Assembly (NCBI RefSeq): GCF_001194135.2
Contig: NC_068992.1
Location: 33,587,195-33,643,209, forward strand
From: Octopus bimaculoides
Taxonomy: Eukaryota
Direction: 5' to 3'
DNA: 56,015 bases
In this document: in pieces, positions 12,030 to 24,766 of the stretch
Position numbering within the stretch: position 1 is the stretch's first letter
Layout: every line of letters starts with the position of its first letter
Position numbers and translations under genes: made by a program
The notes under the pieces: model-generated
What the model was told of the DNA's origin: nothing
The model's input: the letters and a program-made list of their open reading frames with translations, nothing else
Database searches by the model: none

Positions 12030-13085
12030 TAATAAAGCTGGTACTATTTCACAAAGGCTTTCAACTCAATATCAGATGATGAACTTTGGGTGGCTTTGAA
12101 GAAACATAAACGTCCTTGAACGTTCACCTTGTTCGGGTCCTTGCATGAAGGAATGCAGGCACTCGTAGTACAAGATAGCAATACTTCAAGCAAGTTCGTG
12201 GTGACAAATGGAGTCAAACAAGGGTACATACTTGCTTCAGCACTCTTCTCTTTCTATCTCACCGCAGTTTTGAATATCATCTTTGAGGGATTCAGTGGTG
12301 AGATTTACATCCAGACAAAGCACGATGGTGATCTGCTCAATGCTGCAGAGTATGAAGCCAAGACATGCACTACAAAGGCCTTAGTGCAAGAGATGCTGTT
12401 TGCTTATGAGAGTGTGCTGGCTGCTCACAGCATTGAAGATATTCAGAAACTGGTAGATAACTTTGTCAGAGCCACACAATAGTTCAGCTTAAAGAGCAGC
12501 ATCAGAGAAACCAAATATCTTTGCCAACCTGTGGATAAAACTACCTTCCCTTGTAACAGAAGAAAACACTGCTATTAGACCTGAAAGGTTGGCCCAGTGC
12601 AAAGAATTCAAATACCATCTCAGATAATGCATGACTGAACCAGGAAATCACATACAGAATGAGCAGAACTAATGCCTCATTTGTCTATAAAGTTCAGATG
12701 AATTACACGCATATATGATGAGACAGCTATAACAAATTATGAATATCATTCTGTTTGCCAGATCAGAAGTGAAGAGATCATACAGTGTAGTGGCCTGCCT
12801 CCTATGTTGGAAATCCTCAGGGAGAGAAGCTTACATTGGTTGGGTCAAGTACACAGAATGGACAACAACAGACTCCTCAGATAAATATTTTATTCTGAAC
12901 TATGCAAGGGAAAAGGAAACCTTAGAAGACCTAGAGTGAAATTCAAAGATACTGCAAAAATTAATATTAATTGGAAAGGAATTAATCATATTAAACGGCA
13001 AACTCAGTTGAAAAACTGATCAGTATGGAGAAAGCTTATCAAGTCATGCCAATGTCATGAACAGTCATAGTCACTCTGACTGACT
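12030..13085 (+). mobile_element. RTE-BovB-like LINE, 5'-truncated and inactivated
   Basis: TKAFNSIS..LW, LHEGMQA, GVKQG, FAYE, and C-terminal RPRVKFKDT remnants. Confidence 0.8.
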
Positions 13086-13339
13086 GCAGATAATGTATGT
13101 ATTAATATATACATACACTTCATTTATGTACTTGATTTGCAAGATACTTTAACAAGGTCTCGGACAGACAAACACAGTCTCCATAACAGACTAAGTGAGA
13201 AGTCACCTAAAAAGTTGCAAGTGGCAAAAAAGGGCTTCCAAATAAAACAAAAACAAAATAAATAACTGACTGTTTAACCAACAATTGAAACAAACAAACA
13301 ATTAATTTAACCTATTGACCAATAATCCTTTCTACTATA

Positions 13340-13495
13340 GGCACAAGGCCTCAAACTTGGTGGGAGGGGTTAAGTCAATTAAATCGAACCCAGTACTCAA
13401 CTGGTACTTAATTTATCGACTGTGAAAGGGTGAAAGGCAAATTCAGCTCAGAATGCAAAACCAAATGTAAAATCGCTAAGCATTTTGCAATAATA
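13340..13495 (-). mobile_element. SINE family B
   Basis: Reverse complement of the family B body (ccagtactcaactggtacttaatttatcga..gctaagcattttgc). Confidence 0.7.
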
Positions 13496-14413
13496 AAGAA
13501 GTAGGATTGAACCAGTGCATGTGCTATTATTATTGGTGTAATACTTTCCCTACACACAGAAAAATATACGTGTGTATATGTATTTAGAATAAACTTTTGA
13601 ATGAATAAATAGTTGATTAAAGGTTTTTATTTTAATGACTTTAGTAGATTTATATTATTATAATAATATAATTATGTTATCATGATAATGTATATTTATG
13701 GTTTCATTTTTGTTTTTCAAGTTATTTTCCTAATAAAACTACATAATTTAAATTTTGATTGCAATTATAGTATAGGTGATTATGAATAATGAATATTCTG
13801 TAATTTTATATTATTTAGTACTGGCCTAGTGAAGATAAAGTATTCTAATTATTCTTTTACTATTTAGCCATGATTAATAGCATGTTGTNNNNNNNNNNNN
13901 NNNNNNNNNNNNNNNNNNNNNNNNNNNNNNNNNNNNNNNNNNNNNNNNNNNNNNNNNNNNNNNNNNNNNNNNNNNNNNNNNNNNNNNNNNNNNNNNNNNN
14001 NNNNNNNNNNNNNNNNNNNNNNNNNNNNNNNNNNNNNNNNNNNNNNNNNNNNNNNNNNNNNNNNNNNNNNNNNNNNNNNNNNNNNNNNNNNNNNNNNNNN
14101 NNNNNNNNNNNNNNNNNNNNNNNNNNNNNNNNNNNNNNNNNNNNNNNNNNNNNNNNNNNNNNNNNNNNNNNNNNNNNNNNNNNNNNNNNNNNNNNNNNNN
14201 NNNNNNNNNNNNNNNNNNNNNNNNNNNNNNNNNNNNNNNNNNNNNNNNNNNNNNNNNNNNNNNNNNNNNNNNNNNNNNNNNNNNNNNNNNNNNNNNNNNN
14301 NNNNNNNNNATAGATATATATATATAGAGAGAGAGATAGATAGATATAGATATATATAGCTATATATATAGATATATATAGATATAGATATAGATATATA
14401 TATATGCATATAT

Positions 14414-14790
14414 GGGTACAGGACGTCACCAGCAGTGCAAATAACATGATATACGTAAACAAACAAGTTAAATACGTAAACAACAAGAAGAAAATAGAAA
14501 ACAGGACAAGTAAACACAGAGAAAGGACCCTTCATTAGTTGTCAGCGGTCTATCTACTCCTCATTTCGAGCTTTCAATGGCAATTGCTCCCATAGATTCC
14601 AAGGTAAAATTTAGGATTTATAGAGGTCAAAGTTGGGAGCATAAACATGACAGTGGAGACATACAAGGAAACTGAACGAAAACAAACATTGAGATGTCAT
14701 TAGACCAGAATGAGGGGAATACAGTGAACGCTGGGAGAAGCATTTTTTGAAAAAAGAAAAGATAGAAGAATAAGAGAGAAAAAACACATC
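14414..14790 (-). mobile_element. ORF-less PLE-type 3' tail
   Basis: Shares terminus gggtacaggacgt with 46541 and the cttcat(c/t)ag..gtc..tatct..tttcga arrangement with 46620-46655; abuts (AT)n. Confidence 0.55.
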
Positions 14791-14834
14791 CGCTCATTTG
14801 AACAACCATGCATATATATTTATATAAGAAGTAT

Positions 14835-15105
14835 TATTTGTAGACACTTCAACATGGCTGTCGATTCGAACAGACTCTACTGCAAATTTTTAGCCCCAAG
14901 AAGACATCTCTAGCTGGTCAAAATTGATAAACAACCCTCAGTTATACATCCATTAATGCCATATCGCCCGAAGAAATGATCTTCCTGATATCCATAGATG
15001 CTAAGGACTGCTCTGTAATTATCTCAGGAATATGCACTATGTTCTTATGAAACAGGTGATTTGTGGAAACACATATAGTGATGCCTTAAAATATTTATAA
15101 ATTTC
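14835..15105. mobile_element. Short structured element resembling 52876-53092
   Basis: Shares ctactgc..tttagccc(c/t)a(a/g)gaag after a hairpin cluster with 52929-52950; possible decayed HHR at about 15035-15080. Confidence 0.35.
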
Positions 15106-15133
15106 ATCCATTGATTATTATTATTATTATTAT

Positions 15134-15171
<38 letters not shown>

Positions 15172-15329
15172 TATTTATCCTACATTATATTGGCACAGCT
15201 TCGTGCGACCCCAGCGACCCCACAAAATACTAGTATTGCTAGTTGGTATCATTAGGCTGTAGCTGGCATAATAAAATAGGAGCTTTTATATTCATATTCA
15301 AAACATTTCCTATAAATTAACTTAAAGGA

Positions 15330-15361
<32 letters not shown>

Positions 15362-15366
15362 CATAT

Positions 15367-18300
15367 GGCTGCTGGAATTCTGCAATGCAAATGACCTTAT
15401 GGTTTGCAATACTAACTTCAGGAAACCTACCAGTCACCTAGTCACCTACTGTTCTGGCAGACACACTAGACAAATTGACTACATCCTCACAAGCTGGTTG
15501 CTTATAAATGCCAAAACCTTTCCAGGTAAAGAATGTACCCCACAACATAGACTAGTAGTTAGTGACTTCAGGATAAGAGCTAAATAATTGCTCAGAAGAC
15601 GACCAGCATGGAGGAGAAGGGTCTGGAAGCTTAAAGATCCTGCAAATGGACAGAGATTTAGAGACGTATTACTCAAAGCCTTTGACGAAATAGAGGGGGA
15701 TATAGCTTCACACGATGTGGAAGACAACTGGAGGTATCTATGGGACAACCTGCTGAGGGCCACTGACCAGATCTGTGGATGGTGCAAAGTCCCCTCTCGA
15801 TCCAAAATAACGTGGTGGTGGAATAATGTTGTTGTCAGGGCTATTAGACAAAAGAAACAGGCTTGGAAGGACTGGAAGAACGGAGGTAGCAGGGAATTGT
15901 AACAGACTGCTAGAAGGGAAGCTAGGAGACAGGTTTATTTAGCCAGAGGAGAAGCAGATAAGAAAAAATTTGCCAATGTTCTGTGCCGTGAGGATCAAAG
16001 ACTTGAAGTATTTCGTGTTACAAGGCAGTGTGTGAGAGAGATGTCATTGGAGAGAAATGTATCCGCATGGATGATGGTTCACTAAACGAGGCAGCAAAGA
16101 GAGAGGTTTGGAAATGCCACTATGAAAAGTTGCTCAATAAAGAGAATGAATGGGAGAAAGAGAGTTTGCCGAATGTCGACCCAACAGAGGGACCAGCTAT
16201 CCGAGTTGACAGTACCATGGTAGATAAAGCAATTAAGAGTATGAAGACAGGGAAAGCCCCCGGCCCATCAGAAATCACTGCAGAGATGTTTAAAATATCT
16301 GGCAGTGTCGGCTATAGCCTAGTCACCTGTATTGTTAACCAGGTGATACATGAAGGAGTCATAGCCAATGACTGGTGTAGCAGCACCATAGTCAACTGCT
16401 GCAAAGGTAAAGGTGACGTTTTAGATACAAATAATTACAGAGGTATCAAGTTGTTGGATCAGGTAGTGAATGTCACAGAGAGGGTCATAGCCCAACTAAT
16501 TAGGGAGAGAGTCAGTTTAGATGAGATTCAGATTGGGTTCGTGCCAGGGAAAAGCACCACTGATGCTATATTTCTGGTAAGACAGCTGCGGGAGAAATAC
16601 CTAGCCAAAAATAAACTTCTGTATCTGGCTTTCGTTGATATGGAGAAAGCCTTTGACAGGATCCCCCATTCCCTTATCTGGTGGTCAATGAGGAAACTAG
16701 TGATAGATGAATGGTTAGTGAGAGCTGTGCGAGCCATGTATAGGGATGCTGTCAGTAAGATGAGGGTTGGCAACGAGTACAGTGAAGAATTTCGGGTAGA
16801 GATAGGGGTCCACCAAGGTTTAGTCCTCAGCCCTCTCCTATTTATTATAGTCCTCCAGGCAATAACACAGGAATTCAAGACAGGCTGCCCCTGGGAGCTC
16901 CTCTATGCTGATGACCTTGCTCTAATTGCTGAGTCACTATCAGAACTAGAGGAGAAGTTTCAGGTGTGGAAGCAAGGACTAGAATCAAAGGGCCTTAGAG
17001 TCAACCTAGCTAAAACCAAAGTCGTAATAAGTAGGAAGGTAGACATAACACAAACCCCTTCAGGTAGATGGCCCTGCTTGATCTGTAGAAAAGGCATAGG
17101 TAGAAACTCTATAAGATGTACCCAGTGTAAGCTATGGACACATAAGAGGTNNNNNNNNNNNNNNNNNNNNNNNNNNNNNNNNNNNNNNNNNNNNNNNNNN
17201 NNNNNNNNNNNNNNNNNNNNNNNNNNNNNNNNNNNNNNNNNNNNNNNNNNNNNNNNNNNNNNNNNNNNNNNNNNNNNNNNNNNNNNNNNNNNNNNNNNNN
17301 NNNNNNNNNNNNNNNNNNNNNNNNNNNNNNNNNNNNNNNNNNNNNNNNNNNNNNNNNNNNNNNNNNNNNNNNNNNNNNNNNNNNNNNNNNNNNNNNNNNN
17401 NNNNNNNNNNNNNNNNNNNNNNNNNNNNNNNNNNNNNNNNNNNNNNNNNNNNNNNNNNNNNNNNNNNNNNNNNNNNNNNNNNNNNNNNNNNNNNNNNNNN
17501 NNNNNNNNNNNNNNNNNNNNNNNNNNNNNNNNNNNNNNNNNNNNNNNNNNNNNNNNNNNNNNNNNNNNNNNNNNNNNNNNNNNNNNNNNNNNNNNNNNNN
17601 NNNNNNNNNNNNNNNNNNNNNNNNNNNNNNNNNNNNNNNNNNNNNNNNNNNNNNNNNNNNNNNNNNNNNNNNNNNNNNNNNNNNNNNNNNNNNNNNNNNN
17701 NNNNNNNNNNNNNNNNNNNNNNNNNNNNNNNNNNNNNNNNNNNNNNNNNNNNNNNNNNNNNNNNNNNNNNNNNNNNNNNNNNNNNNNNNNNNNNNNNNNN
17801 NNNNNNNNNNNNNGTGACAAAGGCCCTCTCACTCAGAGTAAAAGGCAGACTGTATGATGCATGTGTATGAACAGCAATGCTACCTGGCAGTGAAACATGG
17901 CCCGTGACTGCTGAGGACATGCATAAGCTCACAAGGAATGAAGCTAGTATGCTCCGATAGATGTGTAATGTCAGTGTGCATACTCGACAGAGTGTAAGTA
18001 CCTTGAGAGAAAAGTTGAACCTATGAAGCATCAGTCGTGGTGTGCAAGAGAGACGATTGTGCTGGTCACTTGGCGAGAATGGATAAGGATAGCTGTGTGA
18101 AAAAGTGCCACACCCTAGCAGTTGAGGGAACCTGTGGAAGAGGTAGACCCAGTACGACCTGGGAATGAGGTGGTGAAGCACGACCTTCGAACATTAGGCC
18201 TCACCAAGGCAATGACTTGTGACCGAGACCTTTGGAAATATGCAGTGCATAAGAAAACCCGGCAAGCCAAGTGAGACCATAATCTGAGGCCTCTGCCAGG

Positions 18301-18958
18301 GGTGTAGCCAGCCCACTTATGCATACCTTTCCTTCATTGGACACTAAACTCTGTTTGCGAAGACCTGTGGAGGCAAATGTAATCGCTCCAAATTCGACGA
18401 CTAGCACCCATGCCAACCTCTCCTTCTTTGGACACTAAACTCGGCTTGCAAAGACCTGTTGGGGTAAGTGAAAACGAAATCATGATTGAACCAAATTCGA
18501 TGACTGGCACCTGTGCCAATGGAGCACTAAGAGCACTGTCCGAGCGTGATCATTGCCAGAGCAGCTGTCTGGCTTCCGTGCCAGTGGCACGTAAATAGCA
18601 CCATTTGTGTGTGATCATTACCAGTGTCGCCTTACTGGCACTTGTGCCAGTAGCATGCGAAAAATCATTCGAGCGAGGTCGTTGCCAGTGCCGCTGGACT
18701 GGCTCCTGTGCAGGTGGCACATAAAAATCACCATTATAAGCATGGCCGTTGCCAGTACCGCCTGACTGGCCCTCGTGCCTGTGGCACGTAAAAGCACCCA
18801 CTACACTCCTGGAGTGGTTTGAATTAGGAAGGGCATCCAGAAACTCTGCCAGATCTGATTGGACCGTGGTGCAGCCTTCTGGTTCGCCAGTCCTCAGTCA
18901 AATCGTCCAACCCATGGAAGGTGGATGTTAAACGATGATGATGATGATAATGATGATG

Positions 18959-18960
<2 letters not shown>
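15367..18960 (+). mobile_element. RTE-clade LINE, 5'-truncated within the APE domain, with complete 3' UTR
   Basis: APE C-terminus (LLEFCNANDLMVCNTNFRKP, QIDYIL, QHRLVVSDF), RT, and C-terminus (VKGRLYDACV, GRGRP), then a modular 3' UTR and (GAT)n tail. Contains stops and a gap. Confidence 0.92.
16028..17150 (+). CDS. RTE reverse transcriptase domain (open stretch of a disrupted ORF, ends in a gap)
   Basis: KAPGPSEI, NYRGIKLL, AFVDMEKAFDRIP, GVHQGLVLSPLLF, LLYADDL, and the Cys-rich CLICRKG..CTQCKLWTHKR. Confidence 0.85.
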
Positions 18961-19009
<49 letters not shown>

Positions 19010-19084
19010 TGTATGTATGTATGCATACATATATGTATGTATGTATGTATGTATGCATACATATATGTATGTATGTATGTATAT

Positions 19085-19503
19085 GCGCAGGAGTGGCTGA
19101 TTTAAGAAGCTTAATTCCCAACAACATGGTTCCGGGTTCAGCCCTACTTCGTGGCATCTTGGGCAAGTGTCTTCTACTATAGCCTCGGGCTGACCAAAGC
19201 CTTGTGAGTGGATTTGGTACACATATACTGAAAGAAGCCTGTTCTATATATGTGTGTGTGGTGTGTGTGTTTGTGTGTTTATGTATGTATGTGTGTGTGT
19301 ATGTCTGTGTTTGTCCCCCCACCATCACTTCACAACTGATGTTGGTGTGTTTATGTCCCCATAACTTAGCAGTTCGTCAAAAGAGACTGGTAGAATAAGT
19401 ACTTGGTTTACAAAGAATAAGTCCTGGGGTTAATTTTTCGACTAAAGGTGATGTTCCAGCATGGCTCCAGTCAAATGACGGAAACAAGTAAAAAATAAAA
19501 GAA
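19085..19503 (+). mobile_element. SINE family A (tRNA-like head)
   Basis: A/B-box-like head (gagtggctg..ggttccgggttcag), cttgggcaagtgtctt core, internal (TG)n, and tail gaaacaagtaaaa. Other copies are at 31131, 34655 and 50707. Confidence 0.85.
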
Positions 19504-19556
19504 TATATATACACATACGTATGCATATGTGTGTGTGTTTATATATNNNNNNNNNN

Positions 19557-19599
<43 letters not shown>

Positions 19600-20098
19600 T
19601 TTATGGTTATATGATATAACATACATGTCTATATTAAACTATATGTAAGACAGCATTATTATGGATGAATTTTAATTAATTAGCTTTTAACAAATAAAAA
19701 TACAAAATATAAATTTAATGAATCTTCCAAACAAACTGATTTGCTATCTTCACTGTCAGCTCTGACATGTGTTATCATTTATCTGTCTGTATCTATTCTA
19801 GCAGGTTACATGTCAACTTAACACTTATTACCATCTCTGTTGCCATAGTAACCTTTTCCCCTAAATGTTAACATATTCATATGAATTCTTTGATTCTAAT
19901 CATGATGGAATTAGATTCTGTTGTATTGTTGTATGTTGTCTTAGAGCTAATAGCTCACTTCTTACACTAACTCTGATGATTTGATGATGTAATCTGATTA
20001 TAAGGTAATACCTTACATAACAGATATTCATTGATTAAAAGACGTATAGGAATATATTGAATAAATGCAAAAACTTATCTCCACTTTTGGTTTTTATA

Positions 20099-21371
20099 CA
20101 ACATTATATCAAAAAGTTCCCTGACTAGTTATGCTGAATAAGAAATAACTTATTTACCTAAGTTTTAACAGCATCTCCTTCAAAATAGTCACTTTGTGCA
20201 GCAATACACTGGTCCCAGCATTCCTGCCAATTTTGGAATCTGGTCTGGAAATCATTTTCCATAAGCAAGTCGAGGACCTTCTGTGATTCATTCTTGATCT
20301 TGACATTGGTGTTAAAACAGTGACTTTTGAGCTGCATCTTCACCTTGGAGAAAAGATGAAAGTCCACAGGTGCTAAATCTGGTGATTAAAATAGGTATGG
20401 AAGCAATACCATGTTGTTTTTGGTAAGAAACTAGCATGTGAGGAGAGCTCAGTGACAGGGTGCATTGTCATCATAAAGAGTTCACTTCTTTGCATTCCAC
20501 AGATCTGGTCACTTTTGCCAAATGTCATCCCTCAAACATTTCAAAGCATTGCACTAGAACTCTCAGTTGATGGTCTGGCCCTGGGGCATGAATTCTTGAT
20601 GCACAATTCTGCAGATGTTGAAAAGACGATGAGCATGCCCTTGATTGAGCTGCAGTTCTGTTGTTCCATTTTCAGTCATGGAGATGAAGCGCACTACCAC
20701 TGAAAACTGCTGCTTCATCTCTCTGACGAGACCCAACTCTCATCACCAATGATGATCCTTGTCATGAAGGATGGGTCGTCAGTGGCATGCTGATGGTGAG
20801 CTTGACAGACTTTGATGCAATGTTCTTTCTGCTCAGTGGTCATCAGGTAGGAAACACACCACTTGTTCAATTCAGACATTAGGATTGCCTGCACAGACGC
20901 ATATGACAGACCAACAACATCAGCAATATCGTTGATAATCCTCTGACGGTCCTCATGTGCAAGCTGATGAATTTTCTTCTACATTTCCAGGGCTGACACT
21001 CATAGAAGGTCTTCCAGATCGTTCATTGACTTCCAGAGATGCTCTTCCCCTTTTGAAGCACCAGTACCACTTGAAACATTGCGTACGACCCATTGTCTCA
21101 TTACCATAATCTTACCGAAGCATGCTCAATGTCTCTGTAACAGACTTCCCAAGTTTAATGCAAAATTTCACATTGGTTCTTTGTTCCAACTTCATGTCCA
21201 TGACAAAAATTGCACACTGCAGCATACAAGTGGTCACAGAATGACATATTTCACGACTTGTGAAATAGACACTACCTCATGAAGGTCACTGCTAGCTCTC
21301 ACTGCACATGTGAGCTGCCATCTGTTAGTGCACTACAGAACTATCCAGGAACTTTTTGATGCCACCCCGTG
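20099..21371 (-). mobile_element. Mariner DNA transposon relic, about 1.27 kb
   Basis: Imperfect TIRs (tcaaaaagttcc at left, ggaactttttga at right) with TA flanks. Transposase C-terminus DFHLFSKVKMQLK..FQNWQECWDQCIAAQSDYFEGD; GDESWV remnant. Confidence 0.85.
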
Positions 21372-22094
21372 TAAGTTTTCTGTGTTAGTTGTATTGATGG
21401 ATAGCTACAAGTATTTTGAAAAGTAGTTTCCCTTCATTTATAAATATTTCAATTATAAAGAAACGCTTGGAATTCTAAACATTTCATATGCATAATACTC
21501 TGTATATTAGTCTGTATCTCCAGATTTTATGTTTTATATACTCCTCACAGAATAATTTATCGCTCAGACTTTCTGGATTTCAATTACATGGACAGTTTAC
21601 GTTACACTTCTTTGTAATTGATTGCTATGTGGACTAATAGCTGAGTCTATAGGAGGAGCTTACTGTGATGACTGAATCTATGTTTGATACTACTCTTTCA
21701 TATGTGTATATGTGTATATGTATGTTTGTACAGTTGATTTTATATAATTATGAAATTGTTAATCTATCAGTTTTGATGAGTTTTTTTTCTCAATAGAACA
21801 GAGACTTCCCCAGCTTTTCTATAGGACAACATAATTGAGCTGTGTTGGTCTAACATTATTTTTAGCATTTGCTTCATGGTAGTAAATGCCCTCATTTCAG
21901 TATTTTATATTTAGAATGGAATAGTGCATAGCCACTGAGGCAGTTGTATATCAGACTAAGTTAATCAATCGGAGAAGAGGAGTACCTATAAGTTTCAGAG
22001 GACTATTTTCTCCTTAGTAAGGTTTGATTGATATGGTAGATGCTGAGCTTGATCAACTCAATGTCAATATTAGCAAAATAAAGGGAGACAATCT

Positions 22095-22300
22095 GGCAGA
22101 ATCATTAGCATACCAGACAAAATGCTTTGTAGCATTTCATTCATCTTTACATTCTGAATTCAAATTCCATGGAAGTCGACTTTGTCTTCCATCTTTTTAG
22201 GGTTGATAAAATAAGTACATACTGAAGACTGAAATTGATGCAATTGACTTGTCTCCTCCCTTGAAATTGCTGGCCTTGAACTAAAATATGAATCTGATAT
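22095..22300 (+). mobile_element. SINE family B
   Basis: ggcagaatcattagca..gttgataaaataagtac..gaaattgctggccttg. Confidence 0.7.
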
Positions 22301-22794
22301 TAGGAAAATAAGTGTCATTGACAAATAAACCTGTAATCAGTCAGTTATAAATGCTTGAAATAGAATTAACATTGCTAGCATATCCAAAGATCAGGTGGTT
22401 GTGTTACATTAGCCATGCATTAGTGTTATCACAAACCTAAATTAAATGCATTACGATGGAGACTGTATTGGTTACTCAACCTTCTTAAAATATCAACCAG
22501 TTTCCAGCAAATAACATCCTATTGTCATAAAAAAAGAAGGACATATCAAATAACGTCCTAGAAGTCCTTTGATTACGGGCCTGCTTTGTTAAAGCCATCT
22601 TCGGACTAAATAATAATAGCAATGCAATGTTGTATTAGTTTTGTGATTTATCAATCCAAGTTCAACTCTTACAAGGATCAACTTTATTTATTGCCCCTTT
22701 AAAGAAGCAAGAGCTAAGTGCCCATAATACACTGTTCTAACAATTTATTATCTTCTTTAAAATTGTGTACCTGAAATCAGAATTGCATTGAGCT

Positions 22795-23035
22795 GGAGGA
22801 AAAGAAAGAAAGAAAGAAAGAAAGAAAAAGGAAGGAAGGAAGGGAAAAAGGAATGAAGCAAAGAAGGAAGGAGGGAAGGAAAGAAGAAAGGAAGGAGAGA
22901 AGGAAGGAAAGAAGGAAAGAAGAAACGAGGCTAGGAAGAAACGAGGCAAGGAAGAAACGAGGCAAGGAAAGAAGGAAGCAAGGAATGAATGAATAAATGA
23001 ATGAGTGAATGAAGGAAGGAAGGAAGGAAGGAAGG
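22795..23035. repeat. GA-rich compound microsatellite (AAAG/AAGG/AATG) with three copies of a 15-bp unit
   Basis: Direct read; gaagaaacgaggc recurs three times at about 22917-22962. Confidence 0.9.
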
Positions 23036-23876
23036 NNNNNNNNNNNNNNNNNNNNNNNNNNNNNNNNNNNNNNNNNNNNNNNNNNNNNNNNNNNNNNNNN
23101 NNNNNNNNNNNNNNNNNNNNNNNNNNNNNNNNNNNNNNNNNNNNNNNNNNNNNNNNNNNNNNNNNNNNNNNNNNNNNNNNNNNNNNNNNNNNNNNNNNNN
23201 NNNNNNNNNNNNNNNNNNNNNNNNNNNNNNNNNNNNNNNNNNNNNNNNNNNNNNNNNNNNNNNNNNNNNNNNNNNNNNNNNNNNNNNNNNNNNNNNNNNN
23301 NNNNNNNNNNNNNNNNNNNNNNNNNNNNNNNNNNNNNNNNNNNNNNNNNNNNNNNNNNNNNNNNNNNNNNNNNNNNNNNNNNNNNNNNNNNNNNNNNNNN
23401 NNNNNNNNNNNNNNNNNNNNNNNNNNNNNNNNNNNNNNNNNNNNNNNNNNNNNNNNNNNNNNNNNNNNNNNNNNNNNNNNNNNNNNNNNNNNNNNNNNNN
23501 NNNNNNNNNNNNNNNNNNNNNNNNNNNNNNNNNNNNNNNNNNNNNNNNNNNNNNNNNNNNNNNNNNNNNNNNNNNNNNNNNNNNNNNNNNNNNNNNNNNN
23601 NNNNNNNNNNNNNNNNNNNNNNNNNNNNNNNNNNNNNNNNNNNNNNNNNNNNNNNNNNNNNNNNNNNNNNNNNNNNNNNNNNNNNNNNNNNNNNNNNNNN
23701 NNNNNNNNNNNNNNNNNNNNNNNNNNNNNNNNNNNNNNNNNNNNNNNNNNNNNNNNNNNNNNNNNNNNNNNNNNNNNNNNNNNNNNNNNNNNNNNNNNNN
23801 NNNNNNNNNNNNNNNNNNNNNNNNNNNNNNNNNNNNNNNNNNNNNNNNNNNNNNNNNNNNNNNNNNNNNNNNNNNN

Positions 23877-23928
<52 letters not shown>

Positions 23929-24530
23929 TGTACATATACATATACATATATACATATACATATATATATATATATATAAATATACATATATACATACATA
24001 TTTATATATAAACATATACATATATATATGCACATACATATATACCCTATACATACTCTTATATACTCATATATACAAATACACATATATGCATGCATAC
24101 ACACACACACACATACACACATATATATATAATGTTTAGAAATAATACGGAGAAAATTTTCTTTATTTAGATCCTTGTTTTGCTATCTCTGTTTTAGCAA
24201 ATGTTGTTTGAAAAAAAGAATGAGGTTTAAGATCCATGAAAGAGCCCCTCTCCCTCAGGTTCCTTTTAAATGTATTTTTTTATTTTTCCATCAGATTAGA
24301 AATATCTCAAAATGACGGCTATATATGCGTGATTGTTTCAAACTATACAAGGAAAGAAATTGAAAACAAAAATAGAGACAAAACCAAAAAGGTTGAAACA
24401 GTTTCATTTTATCAGTAGAGCTCTGATAACACTGATAAATGTGTTTTGTTCGTGTCGTCAAGTAATGATTGAAAATGAAGAAACTTTTGCAAACATACTT
24501 CTTTACATATATGTGTGTGTGTATATATAG

Positions 24531-24573
<43 letters not shown>

Positions 24574-24683
24574 TACAATAAACATGCCATACCACATACA
24601 TGCATAATATACATATATATACATATATACACACATACACATACACACATATATACATACATACATACATACATATATATATA

Positions 24684-24766
<83 letters not shown>

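Noticed and set aside
14555-14610. Possible hammerhead (GAGC..GCTC GAAA) on the minus strand of the PLE-type tail
   Set aside because: No intact CUGANGA lies next to the stem and there is no UH after helix III; it is too decayed to support.
18575-18620. Pistol-ribozyme-like look of the RTE 3' UTR unit (cgtg..cacg-TAAATAG..GCGT)
   Set aside because: The 6-bp loop pseudoknot before GCG and the P2/P3-flanked GU cleavage site cannot be assembled, so the resemblance is superficial.
18865-18900. CTGAGGA-ctgg-cgaa-cca-GAAG on the minus strand of the RTE tail (also near 7550-7580)
   Set aside because: There is no GAAA, no helix III/UH and no pairing helix I, and the second copy reads GTGG at that position.
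19085-19160. tRNA gene at SINE heads (also 31131 and 50707)
   Set aside because: Only A/B-box-like remnants without a complete cloverleaf; these are parts of SINEs.
24416-24461. Candidate 46-nt exon with cag| and |gtaatg sites
   Set aside because: The peptide is unrecognised, there is no supporting neighbouring exon, and chance splice-like sites are common here.
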